Below are positions 25,762-38,218 of a stretch of 64,000 nucleotides of DNA, one piece after another. The stretch covers positions 504,780-568,779 of the forward strand of contig MNCI01002379.1 of NCBI GenBank assembly GCA_015680685.1. The letters run 5' to 3'. The stretch is from Gnetum montanum (Eukaryota; Plantae; Gnetophyta). The position numbers and the translations under genes are program-made. Below the pieces are notes generated by a model that was not told the origin of the DNA, ran no database searches, and saw nothing but the letters and a program-made list of their open reading frames with translations. Every line of letters starts with the position of its first letter. Position 1 is the first letter of the stretch.

Positions 25762-26830
25762 TATCATGGAATGCTTGATGGTGATGTTGTGGATTTGCAT
25801 TTTATTCACCTTCAAAACTAGGCATGTTGTTCATGTCTAGTCACTTAATGAAACTATTCCTTATGTGTCTGGTTGGAATGTAGAATGCTTCCTAAATATT
25901 AATCATGCTACGAGTGGCCAATAGGGGTTATTCATGATGATTAGGTTCATAAACTTTGTTGTAGTGGTGATCCATTTGATGTTTAGAATGCTCTCTTTAT
26001 TCATGCTTGAATGTATCTCTTCTTCATACGTAATCATCCTATTTACTATCAAGATACCTTCTTCTATATTCACGCCTCTCATCATCCTTTTATCCTTCTT
26101 TGTCATAGTCTCTTGATCTAGGTTCCTTCTTGTCAAACTTCATAGATGAACGTGAGGAGGAAGAAGAAGTAGTTGAATAACCATGTTGGCTGGTTCTCCT
26201 TTAGTGACTTCATGATTCATTTTCTTTTGGCTTTATAGAAGCTCTAGGCCTTGTGCTCTACCTATGTCTTAAGTCTTTTACATTTCTTCCAAGGTCATTT
26301 GTAAGAATTAAGTTTAACTTTATGTTGATAGGATCTTCGATGTATATAACTAGTGTTTGGAAGTGAGATCTATGAGTTTGATAAAATGCCTCAGCTTGAA
26401 ATGAGGTATCTTCTATTTCTTCTAAGATGATTGTTTGAGGAACTCTTTTTTCCTTGTCACATTCATGTTGTGCCTCCATGATGGCATCCCTTCTTACCTA
26501 TGCCTTTGTTGGCTAGTATGGCCTTGTCATGTCCTTCGTGACTCATTATCCTTCTTTTTCATGACTTAGGTTGGCCTTCATGAGGGTTTCTTGAACCATT
26601 AATGGTATTGAATCTTCTGGTGGTAGAACTATGTTGCCTTGCAAATCTTTCCATCTAATTTGTTCATCCTGATGAAGAATAAAAATGAAATCAAGATAGT
26701 ATAGAATAGTGCAAGAATATGAAACCCTTGTCTACATTAGTGTACTCTAGTCTTCTTCATCATATTTCTTTTCATGACTCTTGTGTGTCTCTTCAACAAG
26801 TGATATATTCTCTTTAGGTGTTAAAGCCAT
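25762..26830 (-). pseudogene. gag: Element A gag, 5' part (N-terminal domain, RS/RD-rich linker, start of capsid domain)
   Basis: Reads RVSYSCTILYYLDFIFILHQDEQIRWKDLQGNIVLPP..RRDAIMEAQHE..IYIEDPI..SSSSRSS..RSRDYD..LDMNNMPSFEG..NPQHHHQAFHD. Confidence 0.8.
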
Positions 26831-26957
26831 GTTATGTGTTTGATGCTCTAGTGGTGCGTGGGTGTTATTAAAATTGATTATGAAAATAAAGGATAAAATT
26901 TATGGATTGTAGTACAATGAAATTTAAAAGATAAACTCTTAAGTAAGCATTGACACA

Positions 26958-26976
26958 TCCCTGACAATGATGCTAG
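26958..26976 (-). promoter_or_regulatory. PBS of A
   Basis: Minus strand CTAGCATCATTGTCAGGGA after the LTR end; decayed Athila-type PBS. Confidence 0.7.
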
Positions 26977-27854
26977 TGATGAGTGATGAGCAACCACAAC
27001 ACTCTACTAGAAAAGTCACAAGTGTTTGCAAGTGACTAGATCATAATCCGTGGATGAGGCAATGTAAGTATGTTAAGTTTTGGTGTTAAGTTCATGATCG
27101 TTGTCCTCTCACTTTGAGTTAGTAAAGTCTCAGTGTGTGGTTTAACTTGTAGTTAGGCATATGATATGTGATGTTGTAAGGCTCATTATACTCCTAAACG
27201 TAAATATAATAAAAGTAGAAATAAATTCTATGTCTAAGTAATGATAGAAATATAGATCTATTCTATCCTAAGGTGATAGGTATTTGTTTCTAGTTTACTG
27301 GTCATGTCTTGGACTTATGTAGTTATCATTGAGATTATTAACTAGAATTACTACTAAGAGAATCAAGCAATGGCACTACTAGATTACCAAATAACTACAC
27401 TTAATGCTTGAAACTAGTCTACCAATTCCATTTACCAATAATATGTAAAGATAAGTTTTTGAAATTGTAAAGTCTTAACTAAAGGAAAGCAAGAAATTAT
27501 TCTAAGTAATACAAGAAATTGTTCTATGTAAAACATAAAGAAGACTAAGGAATGCTATAATGATGAGAAAAAACTTCAATCTTTATTGCCACACATAAAT
27601 TGTATCCAAGTACAATTTACTTGAATAAAGATTTCGATCAACTACTTAACACCATACTATGGACATTCAATCTATTTGTAAGACTACAAAAATGAACTTG
27701 CAAGAGCTTTGCTAAGTGTTCAAATGAATAGTTGTTTTTTGTGTGTCCAAATGCTAGTATTTATAGGGCTACATAGATCTCAAGACATTGCATCAATGAT
27801 GATGTAGGATGGACAATGATATCATTGATATGATAACATAGATATGAAATCACA
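26977..27854 (-). repeat. 5' LTR of A (right end approximate)
   Basis: Starts tgatgag; shares family blocks (ctttattgcc, cttgaataaag, gtatttataggg TATA at ~27757). Confidence 0.75.
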
Positions 27855-27899
27855 TTGGTGAAAAAATGAATTTTATTAAATAGTTTCCCAACACACCAA

Positions 27900-29000
27900 A
27901 TAACAAATTTTGGTCTATTTTTGCCCATGCTCTTATAGTTTTTATTGCATGAAGTCATAGTTAGTTTGAGTGCTTGTAGAGTGATATTAAGTAGTTGTAC
28001 AACATCATTATTTGAGTGAAGTATACCTACACATGCTTCATGGATTACAATAAAGATTGAGACTATTTATGTTCATTGCAACATCTCATATATCATATAT
28101 TTACTTTCTACATGTACTTTACATTTCAATTATCGTTCACAATTATGATGCATGTTAGTTTTTAGCAGAATAAGTACAACTAATCTTGAGTGTTAAGTAT
28201 AGTTGTTTGGTAATCTAATAGTAAAATCATTTGGTTCTCCTAGTAATGATTTACTTGGTAATCCTAGTAATAGAAGTATAAGCCTAAAACATAAACATAA
28301 GATTATGAATGGATGCTTATCACCACTATGCTAGACTAGATTTACTTTTGATTTTATTTTAGTTAATTAGAATCAATATTCATCTTACAATGTTTTATTC
28401 TTACTACCTTAGGGCTAAATAACATTATCACATATATATCTAGCTAAAAGATAAACCATACCAAGGCAATGATTAATGAGCCTTATATTAACTAGTTAGA
28501 GTCTATATTGCCTCATCTATGAACTACAATTTAATTGCACATGTACACTTATGTGGCTTATATGATTGGACATTGGGAACTCTTGCTACTCATCATTAGT
28601 GATGTTATTGGGAATAATGGCAATATTCTAGTCATTTGATATTATATAAATTTTTTGTATTAGCATTTCAAAATTTAATTTTTTTTTTAAAATATTGTCA
28701 AAGACACTTAGATCCTAACTGATTAAATATGACTGCTATGCACAAAGTTAATTCTCCACTTTTTAATAACACTAATAACAACAATCATAGAATTTATGTT
28801 GAAAAAACTTGGAGTGAACTAATGAAAATCAAAATTGCGTATGCTTATATTGATCCTTATAATCTAGTTTTTACCTTCATTTTTCATCAAGATGAATAGT
28901 TTTGATGGAGATTTACAAGGCAAAATTCTATTTTCATGAGAATAATCAACCTTATATATTCTCCAAGTTGCTCTACTAAGATTTGGTCTTGGTCATGCAC
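27900..29000 (+). mobile_element. Athila-like fragment G: 5'-truncated LTR ending ctactcatca (28595), decayed PBS (28596-28614), start of gag N-terminal domain
   Basis: LTR blocks match C's LTR. 28830-28930 reads IAYAYIDPYNLVFTFIFHQDE*F*WRFTRQ, homologous to E 54661-54770. Confidence 0.7.
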
Positions 29001-29256
29001 ATTGAGGCTATTAAGTTACAAAGAACAAATACTTCTATTGTTAAATTTGGAATATGCTATTAATTTTGAAAAATTTCAAATAATGTGTATGCTTAGGAAT
29101 TTATTATTATTTTTGAATGATACTATTAAAGTTGACATTACTTTAATGAAAACAATGTTTTGTTAAAAATGAATTTATTAGAACTTATTCTATTAGTAAA
29201 TATATATTTTGGTCTAATAATATTGTTTTAAATTTGGCAAAATATAAATTAATTTT

Positions 29257-30128
29257 TGATGAGTCATGTTTTGTAAGACTCTAATATTAGAGCCACATTA
29301 TCAAGTATCTGATATCGGGGCACAACCTTCGATGTTAGGGATTCGAAATCACCCCTTCCATTCTAGCCTATAAATACAATACTTGGGGTGCATAGTTCAT
29401 ATATAGATGTTAATAGATTTTAGAGGTAGACATAGAGAATTTTTGTTAGTTTGTTTCCAGTGCATGCCCATACTATGATGTTAAGTGATTGTACGACATT
29501 CTTGTTCAAGTGTGACGTACTTGGAAACATTACATGTTTGGCAATAAAGATCAAGATTACTTCCATCATTGCAGCATCCAGTTAGGTCTATTATTTTTTT
29601 TAATTAATTAAATGCAGATTTTTTTCCTTAGTTAATGTTTATCAATTATTTATTTTTATCATTTTCTATCATTAAGCAGAATGAGTATAACTAATTGTAA
29701 GAAATTAAGTGTAACTACTTGGTAACCCAGTAGTGTTATCATTTGGTATGCTCAGTAGTGGTACACTTGGTAATTCTAGTGATAGTTACGTGAAGTCCAA
29801 GGCATGTATGGAGGGTTAGGAATGCATACTCATTGCATGTTGACTAGTTTAGACTTTAATTTTCATTGTTAATTAGTTTAAATCATTGATTTCATTATTA
29901 CCATTAGGAGTAACATAAGGTGGAAACAACATTAAGAATAATATGCCTCACTTTGGACTAAACCATACATGAGAAAGCTACCACTAGTTCAAGTGGGAAG
30001 ACAGGATTATGATTAAGGCATAATGATCTAGATGCAACAACTAGTCCCAGCTAAGGAAATTGACCAGATTGTGCATAAATGTTTATGATTCATATGGTTG
30101 GGCATAGGAGATACCTCACCGCTCATCA
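29257..30128 (+). repeat. 5' LTR of C (872 bp)
   Basis: tgatgagtca...gctcatca; TATA cctataaatac at ~29368; colinear with 37418-38218. Confidence 0.92.
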
Positions 30129-30147
30129 TTGGCACCATTGCTAGGGA
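30129..30147 (+). promoter_or_regulatory. PBS of C
   Basis: TTGGCACCATTGCTAGGGA directly after the LTR. Confidence 0.8.
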
Positions 30148-30253
30148 TGGTGCTAGTTATCTAGATTAGTTATATTCTACATGATCATTGTAAACATATT
30201 AACAAATTAGCTTTTAGAAAATATTAGGTCACACACATCATTAACTAAAAACA

Positions 30254-32665
30254 ATGTCTCTTTTACATGGAAGTAATAATGCATCATATGAAGAAAACAT
30301 TCATTGGAGAACTAATGAAATATACATTGAAGAAAATTTGAGTGGCCAATCTCATGCAAGGGTTTCATATGTTCATGACCATGCTAACTACACTCAAGAA
30401 CTAAATTCACCTAAGGTAGATAATCCTAGAGGAAATGATGTTAGTCCTAGACTAGGGAAGGCTTGAAGGCCTAAGACGTCCTCAAAACCTAGAAAAGATA
30501 AATTAAGGAACCATGGAAAAAACTATAGAAGCCATGGTGACTCTCCTAGTTCCTCATCTTCATTTTCCTCTTCAACATCTAGTTCTAACAAAGATGAATG
30601 TAGGTATAGAGATAAAGCTTCACTATGGGATTGGAATAAGGATAGAAATTGAAACCAAGGACAAAATCAAAGACATCACAATGAACATAGGCAAGATTGT
30701 CAAAATTAGACAAGTAGAAATAGAGATTTTTACTATGACATGTCTAATGATGGTGAATCCTTGGTGGCCACTAAGAGTATGATACAAATTATAGAGGTAG
30801 TTAAAATAACCCACATGCATTGCAAGGAAAGTCGCATCAAAAGGGTTGATATGAATAACATTCCTAAATTTGTGGAAGGCTATGATTTTGATCCACAACA
30901 TCATTTGCAAGGCTTCCATGATGCCTACATCTTACAAAAGATTAAAAGTGAGTGGCAAAAGATTAAGCTCTTTTCTAGGATGCTAATAGACAAGGCCAAA
31001 GTGTGGTATAGATCGTTGAAACTAAATTCAATCCATCAATGGTCCATAATGTTGGAACTCTTTAACAAGAAATACCAAACCTATGCAAGGGTCTCCAACC
31101 TAAAGAAATGAATCCAAGGATGGAAAAAAGAACAACATGAACCCTTGGATATGGCCCTAGATAGATACTATTCTCTACTAAACAAATGTCCAGGCAATGG
31201 TTTCTCTTAAGAAGAGCAACTTTTTCACATCATAGATAGGCTTCATAGTTAAATGAGAGAGACCCTTGGGATGTATACTCAAGGTCAATTATATGAGCTA
31301 GGGACCCATCAGATCCAAAAGCTAATTGAGTATGTGGAAAAAGAAGAAAGATAGCTATGTAAACAAGAGAATGTAGAGGAAAATAACTAGGATCCAACTC
31401 TTCAAAAGAAAAGGGTCCATATCTATGATAAGGACAAAGAGGCATCTCTTTATGAGGTGATTTCACAACAAACCTTGTCAATACAAAAGTCTATCAATGA
31501 GCTTGAAGAAAGGTTAGATAAGATGTTAGAATAGATAAATGAGAAAGTTACAACTTGTGTAGAAAATGTAGAAGAGAGAATAATGAAAAATGAATTAAGT
31601 GATCACAAAAAAAGGAGAAAAAAGATACAAGAAACTAGTAGGAACACTTATTAGCAAAAAGGAAAAATGACTAAAGAAGAAGAGGTTATAGACTCAACCA
31701 TGAAAGAAGATGATGGATGTGACATCTAACTATATGACCATCCAAAGGGTTATTACCCAATCATGCTACATCTACATGATTATTGGGCTTTTGCATTGAA
31801 TCCTAAGTTCATAAAAATGCAAATGCCTAGGAAATTACCTTTCTCACAAAGTAATTATAGGTAGTCCTACAACCAATTGTACTATCCTAGTAGGACTTCT
31901 TACTAGCATGAACAGTATCATCAACCATAATGAAAAAATCCATAGTCGTGAGGGAGGCCATCATCAAACTAGCCCTACCGTTACTGCCAGCCAAACCCAT
32001 ATGGACATTATGTTCAATAACCTATTTTCCCAACTAGTTCTACTTCATCTACTTCAAATTGCTACTACCACTCTTCTAAATATCATCCACCCACCACATC
32101 TTTTAAAGGATCACCACCTCAGACCTCTTACCCTCCATCATATCCTCAATATTCTCATACTCTACTCCATCACATGTAATAGCTAGTAACATAGGAAGCT
32201 TTCACACCACAACATTAATGAAAGAATGCCACTTCTACCATGAATATACATAGACATGATAATGCCAATAGGTTCCCATCATAATCTTGGAAATTTCCTT
32301 TGATGGTTTTCATGCATAAGTGCAACACTTGTGGACCTAATAACTCATTCAAACTAGCACAATGCCAATTAAGTGCAACACCCTTTCTCTCACAACCAGT
32401 GTTCTCTAATCCTATCTAAAGGCCAAAATCTATTATTACTCTAAGACCTACCAGAAATAATGAACCTAGCACTATGGAGAGATAAACAAATCCATGCATA
32501 ACTACTCATGATAAATGATGTAGTTGTGGGCCAGATCTCCTTAAATTTTGCACAAATCCTACTTTGATCCACCATACGTTTAAAAACCAAGTGTGTGAGC
32601 AACAACCCATCTACACAGCTAGCACCAAACCAAAAGACACTTAGTTACTTAAAAATGAAAGTCTA
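30254..32665 (+). pseudogene. gag: Element C gag
   Basis: ORF 30740-31111 (PKFVEGYDFDPQHHLQGFHD..KIKLFSRMLIDKAKVWYRSL..WSIMLELFNKKY) is Retrotrans_gag-like and is followed by a Pro-rich tail. Confidence 0.85.
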
Positions 32666-33424
32666 ATGTTGTTTCACAAATGCTTGAAGCCTACCTATCC
32701 ATTATTAATTCTTGTCATGGTCAAACGCTTAGTCATGGGGAGGTGCCCCATCCTAGAATCAAGAGTTAATAAGGGTTCTTCATTTTTTTGTTTTATAATT
32801 TTTTTATCATTTTTTCATTTCTTGATACAAATTTTTCCTATCCTTTTTAGCTTTTTCCACATTTTGTTTTCATTTCCTTTATTACTAATCTTGTTTGTGA
32901 ATAAAATGACATTATGTAGTCCATTGAGGTGAGGTTTTCTCTATGTTGTCAAAGTCATGAGGGATTGATTATCTAGGTAGTGAGGCCACGTCATCCATCC
33001 ATCCATTCCATTAATAAGAGGTTCTTACCATGGTCATAATGATATTATTTTTTCATCATAAAACTAAGAATAAACTCTTAATCATAATGCCTAGGCAGAA
33101 AAGTGAAGAACCAAGTGGGAATGCAAAGGGTATGACATCAAGTGGATTCATGGAATCTCTTTGACCACTTCTATATATTCTATCATGTTGCTAAGGTTGT
33201 AATTATATCCTTGTATATCTAGCAAAAATGAGATTAAGAGTAAAAGAAGTGCTACCTTACCATATCACTAGAAAGACATGTTACCCATGCCTGAAGGTAG
33301 TCCTCTCATAAGATTGACATAGATAAAAATAAAATAAAAGGACATTGAATAAATTTCTTAAGATTCCACTAGAAAGACATGTTACCCATGCATGAAGGTT
33401 GGTGGATTCCTAGAAATCAAAAAA

Positions 33425-33454
33425 GAAGAAGAAGAAGAAGAAGAAGAAGAAGAA
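33425..33454 (+). repeat. (GAA)10 microsatellite
   Basis: Direct read of the sequence. Confidence 0.95.
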
Positions 33455-34559
33455 AGAGAGAAGTGCCATGAATAAACTCCTCCCTTGAACAAAATGTCAA
33501 GTGATGCTACTCCTTACAATGGTGGTAGTATTATTGTTGTCAATCTAAGAAATAAAAAAATGTGATGCACTAGAACATGGTTTGGACTTGGTTTGAATCT
33601 TGGAAAGAAGGGTTAATGATTACTTTAACTATTAATAACACAAGGATTCATTATGCCTATGGTAAGGCACCTCACATTCCAATTTCTACAATCCTTTCAA
33701 AAATCCATCTCATGTCACTATCTGTATGATTATAACTTGTGGTTTTTTGTAACATAGAGTTATTTTCTCAATTTGGTGGTTTTAACATATGTGTTTTGTC
33801 CAACAAGTATGTGTTGCATTCAACTCCTCTAGTGCTTACAGACATTTTTAAGTATGGCTATATAAGGGTAGGAGCCTACTTTGGGGAGGACCCACTTGTA
33901 TAATTGTTGTAACTTCTATTTATCTAACATAACTACATCATCTTAAACCTTCCAAGTAAATAAGTGATAAATTCAAAATCTTTCCTTATATTGGATCCAT
34001 AAAAGCCTATAAATATGACCCCCATGATGCTAAAAAAAATTCATTATCATGAATTGAAGGTAGGGGATTTTTTGCATTTTTCTCTCTCAACTAAGAGCTA
34101 TGTGCATCCAACTTCCACACACGATATCTTGCTCTATACTGCTTTAATTTTCATAGTTTTTAAACTTATTTGATTCCGTAGTGTTCAATTTAGTTGAGGG
34201 AGGGTGCTTGTGTGGAAAAATTGTACCAGTTTTTCAAAATATGCTATCGTCTGGAAGGTATTATAAGGGTAAGAATGTTAAAAAAAACTTAAGGTTTTTA
34301 ATGAACAATTAGTTGTATGTATGCCAGAATCTCTAATTATCTCACCCAAGGGATCATAACCAACATTATAAGCCATACATAAGGGAAAAGAAGCAAATTG
34401 TGCAGGTTCATAAAAGAAGTTAACAATTTTAGGGCATTTTTCTTGAAATTTTTCTAACTCTCCCATCACTTGAGCTAAGAACTTAATAGAACTAACATCA
34501 TGAGTAAGGTATAAACCTATTGATGATAAATGAAAAATACCTTAGTAACTCCAAATCCT

Positions 34560-37230
34560 TATTTTATTAAAGATGTTTTGAAGAATAGAAGGATAAGAAG
34601 AACATTCATATGGTGCAAGAAAATGCTTGAGAGGTGGTACAAGTCGACTAGGAGAACAAGGCCCACTAGTCAATCATGAAGAATAAGAGGCCTAGTCATT
34701 TAGCATTCATTACGAGGCTCCTACTATAGGGTAGTTGGTCTAAGAAAAGGCTTTAGAACCATAGGATTAGGCACAAGGACAATGCCTTACATTGTCCCAA
34801 GAATTCCTCCAAGTCATCCAAGAGCAATCCATGTTGACCATGGTCATCATGGAAATAAAATTTGGGCCATTCGTGGAATCTATCCTTAAGGCAATTAGAA
34901 CTTAACTTTATTCATTGCCTCTATGGCACATCCTCTCTAAAAGTGGGAAATGATACCTCAGTGAGACATACAAATTTTGGCATAATAAGAAAGAGGGCAC
35001 CACCATCAACATTGGTGAAATCTTTGTTTCTTTGTTAGTTAATGCCATTGCAGAGGCTCTAAATATACCAAGTTTGGGGGCCAAGGTAGTGCATCTATCC
35101 ACAAGTTTTGACACAAAATCTAGAAATTTATGGTTGAAGTGGGCATATAACAAAGAAACCAAAATATACAGTGAGCTATCTCTAGAAGAGAATATTTATT
35201 TCAAAATCAGCACATACCATCTCTTCCCTAGTAAAGGGCTCAACAAAATATTAACCTACATGGCCAAAGGAAGTGCAATCTTGATGGGTAGATATAATGC
35301 CAACCTTACCCAATTGTACTTTATATAGATTCAAAGGAGATTCAAGGAAAGGAAGGTAGGGAAGCTGACACTTCTATTTCCTTTCCTAATTAGAAAGCTA
35401 TGCAAGTGCACCAAAATCTTGGGTTACACCAATGACATTCCTAGGAGGGTCCAAAATGCTTCATTTTTTGAGTTGCTCAAACTAGTAGCATCAAGGAAAG
35501 ACCTTGGTGATAAAAAAGAAGAGGAACTAGAACAAGAACCAGAGAAGGAGCTTGAGTAAGAACTAGAGTAATGATGAGAGCCAAAAGTTCCACTACCACC
35601 ACCATAGGATTATAAGCTCACAATGAGCCATCTACAGGAAATTGCTAAAACTCTTAGTTGGGTAAGTAGGGATGAATCTAACCTCTTTCAAGTCATTAAT
35701 GATGTTGTTCAACCTATAGTCTCAGATGATCCAAGAAGGGGGTATATTTATTTATAATTAGGAGGAGAAGCCTAGTGGTTACAATGGACCTCTAGGAATG
35801 TTGTATCTTTTTAAGTGGTTCTTGAAATGGGAGAAGGTGCCATAGTTATGGTCATGTAGCACCAAGATGTGTCCTTGGTGGAATTAACTAGAACCAGAGA
35901 TGTACAAATGTTAGTTGAGACTTCGATGACTCCTGCAACCCATGAGAATGTGCTTGAAAGATTATTGTAGATTGGGCAAGTTATGAAAACTCTTTTCAAC
36001 ATCCCTAGTGATGTTACTGTAGTACAATTCAATCTCATAGTTATAAAAGAAAAACTTGTTAGGGTAGAAACTAGGATGAAGCATGTAGAAGTAGAGGTGA
36101 AAAAATTACAATCAGATCTTGTCACTTTGAGAGCTGAAAGAAGAGATCCTTCCCAATTCATTACGCTTGTCTAGTTGGAGCAATTTCAAATAGAGCAACT
36201 AGGCTGATTAATTAAATAGGATAAAGGTACTGAACAAGAAAAGGAGAAAGTAGTCTGGAATGGCTTAGCTACCGAAGCTCAAACATATGCTCATGTGAAG
36301 GCATTGGCGACTACACAAGAAGAAAACAAGCAACTTGTTACTGACAATGCAAGGTTGACCACTATTGAGAAGCATAAGAACATTTTGGAAAAAAGCATCC
36401 ACTAGTTGAGGGAGCAACTAGTGAGGATCAACTAGGACATAAGTAGATTTCTTAGAGAGAATTGGATCCTCTCAATGGAGAAGGTGCATGCAATACGTCA
36501 AAAGTTTGCAATTGAGATAAGTGCATGGCACAATGAGGTTAAGAAGCATGAGAAGTTAAAAGTACACTACTAAGACCAAATTAGCATGTACAACCAAATT
36601 AATGAAAAAGAAATCTAGTAGGCAAAGGTTTGTATTAGTTCCACATCAGTGTAGAATCCTAACTAGTAGCCCATCTTGGATAGGCACGTGCTAGTGAACC
36701 AAGTGAAAGTGAAGAACAAGGACTTGCAGATTGAAGATTTGAAAGAGTACATGATGTTAGCTAACCTTTGCTATGCTAACCTTGCCATGTTAATAGTAGG
36801 TTGGCCTAGAAATGAGTTGAAATAATAAGTAGTAGCCACCTATGCCATATATGAGAAAATGTTTGTAGATAGGAAGATGTTCTACAAAAACTCAATGTGG
36901 AAACCTTAGAATTAGAAATAATTAATAGTTGCTACCATGGGCCAAGAGATTAATAGATATCATGAATTAAGAGAAAGGGCTAGGGCTCTTAAGGAGGAAT
37001 GAAGGAAGTTCACAAAATGGTATGTGAAGGTGAATCAGATGTTCTCATAGCCACCATGTTCGTGGGATGTACTGGTTCTAGAATAAATTGGATCATTAGC
37101 CTAGATGGTGCATGATCTAAGAATAGAGGAGGAGAATTTGCATGCACTCCTAAATCACTACAAATTTTAGAAGCCTGATGACAAAGGGAAGTGACCAATG
37201 GAAGATCCATTGCCTCTAGGAACTACATAA
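34560..37230 (+). pseudogene. Element C 3' accessory ORF (homolog of B 13745-16580)
   Basis: SGK*YLSETYKF..VSLLVNAIAEALNIPSLG..NIYFKISTYHL..LLFPFLIRKLCK, then heptad-like K/E/Q/L-rich frames (e.g. ORF 35983-36174) and E*RKFTKWY..PPCSWD..HDLRIEEENLHALL. Confidence 0.78.
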
Positions 37231-37417
37231 GCTTTCCCAATTTTGTTGTTTTGTCATGTTGTGTTCATTTTTGTAAAACACCATTGTGACATGGAAGAGT
37301 TAGTTTGTATATTTATTAGAGCTAGTCAATGATATGATACCTTCCCAATATTTTGTAAAGAACTTGTTCCTCATTTTATTTAACTTGAGGATGAGTTTTC
37401 ATTCAGTCATGGGGGTA

Positions 37418-38218
37418 TGATGAGTCATGTTTTATAGGGCTTTGATATTAGAGTCATGTTATTAGGTATCTAATATCGGGGCACAACCTTTGATGTTGAG
37501 GATCCGATATTGTCCCTTCTATGCTAGCATATAAATACAACACTTGGGTGCATGGTTCATATATAGATCTTGATATAGATTTCAACATATTTTAGAAGTA
37601 AACATAGATAAGTTTTGTTAGTTTATTTCTAGTGCATGCCCAGAGTATGATGTTAAGTGATTGTATGACATCCTTATTCAAGTGTAACATACTTGGACAT
37701 GTTACACGTTCAGTAATAAAGATCGAGATTACTTTCATCATTGCAACATCCACTTAGCTTATTACTATTTTTAATTACTTAAATGCTTACTATTTTCCTT
37801 AGTTAATGTTTATCAATTATTGCTTTTTATCTTCTTCTATCATTAAGTGCATTGAGTATGACTAATCGCAAGCACTTAAGTGTAATTACTTGGTAACCTG
37901 GAGGTGTTATTAGATGGTACACTTAGTAGCAGTACACTTGGTAATTCTAGTAGTAGTTACGCAAAGTCCAAGGCATGTATAGAAGGTTGGAAATGAATAC
38001 TCATCACACATAGGCTACGTTAGACTTTACTTTCCATTGGGAATTAGTTTAAATCATTGATTTTCTTATTACCATAAGGAGTAGCATAAGGCCAAACAAC
38101 ATCAAGAATCATATGCCTCACATTGGACTAAACCATACATGACAAAGCCACCACTAGTCTAAGTGGGAAGATAGTGAACTATGATTAAGACATAATGATC
38201 TATATGTCATAACTAGTC
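37418..38218 (+). repeat. 3' LTR of C (last ~80 bp lost in the assembly gap)
   Basis: Starts tgatgagtcatg after PPT gggggta; colinear with the 5' LTR. Confidence 0.9.

Larger units (their letters stand above)
11462..27854 (-). mobile_element. Athila-like element A (5' LTR, PBS, gag), split by element B and interrupted by F1
   Basis: LTR starts tgatgagtgatgag at 26977 next to the PBS. Gag continues in frame across the B insertion. The right LTR boundary is approximate. Confidence 0.8.
29257..38218 (+). mobile_element. Non-autonomous Athila-like element C (gag plus 3' ORF, no PR/RT/RH/INT)
   Basis: 5' LTR 29257-30128, PBS, gag, non-coding spacer homologous to B's, 3' ORF, PPT gggggta (37411-37417), and a 3' LTR from 37418 running into the gap. 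Confidence 0.88.

Noticed and set aside
33267-33305. Hammerhead ribozyme (GAAA..CTGAAG), and TGATGAG at LTR starts as a retrozyme core
   Set aside because: CUGANGA is not matched and stems I/III cannot be formed. TGATGAG is simply the LTR terminal inverted repeat (TGATGAG..CTCATCA).
34560-37230. True viral envelope/fusogen gene
   Set aside because: No signal peptide or transmembrane segment shared between the B and C copies could be seen; composition is soluble and coiled-coil-like.
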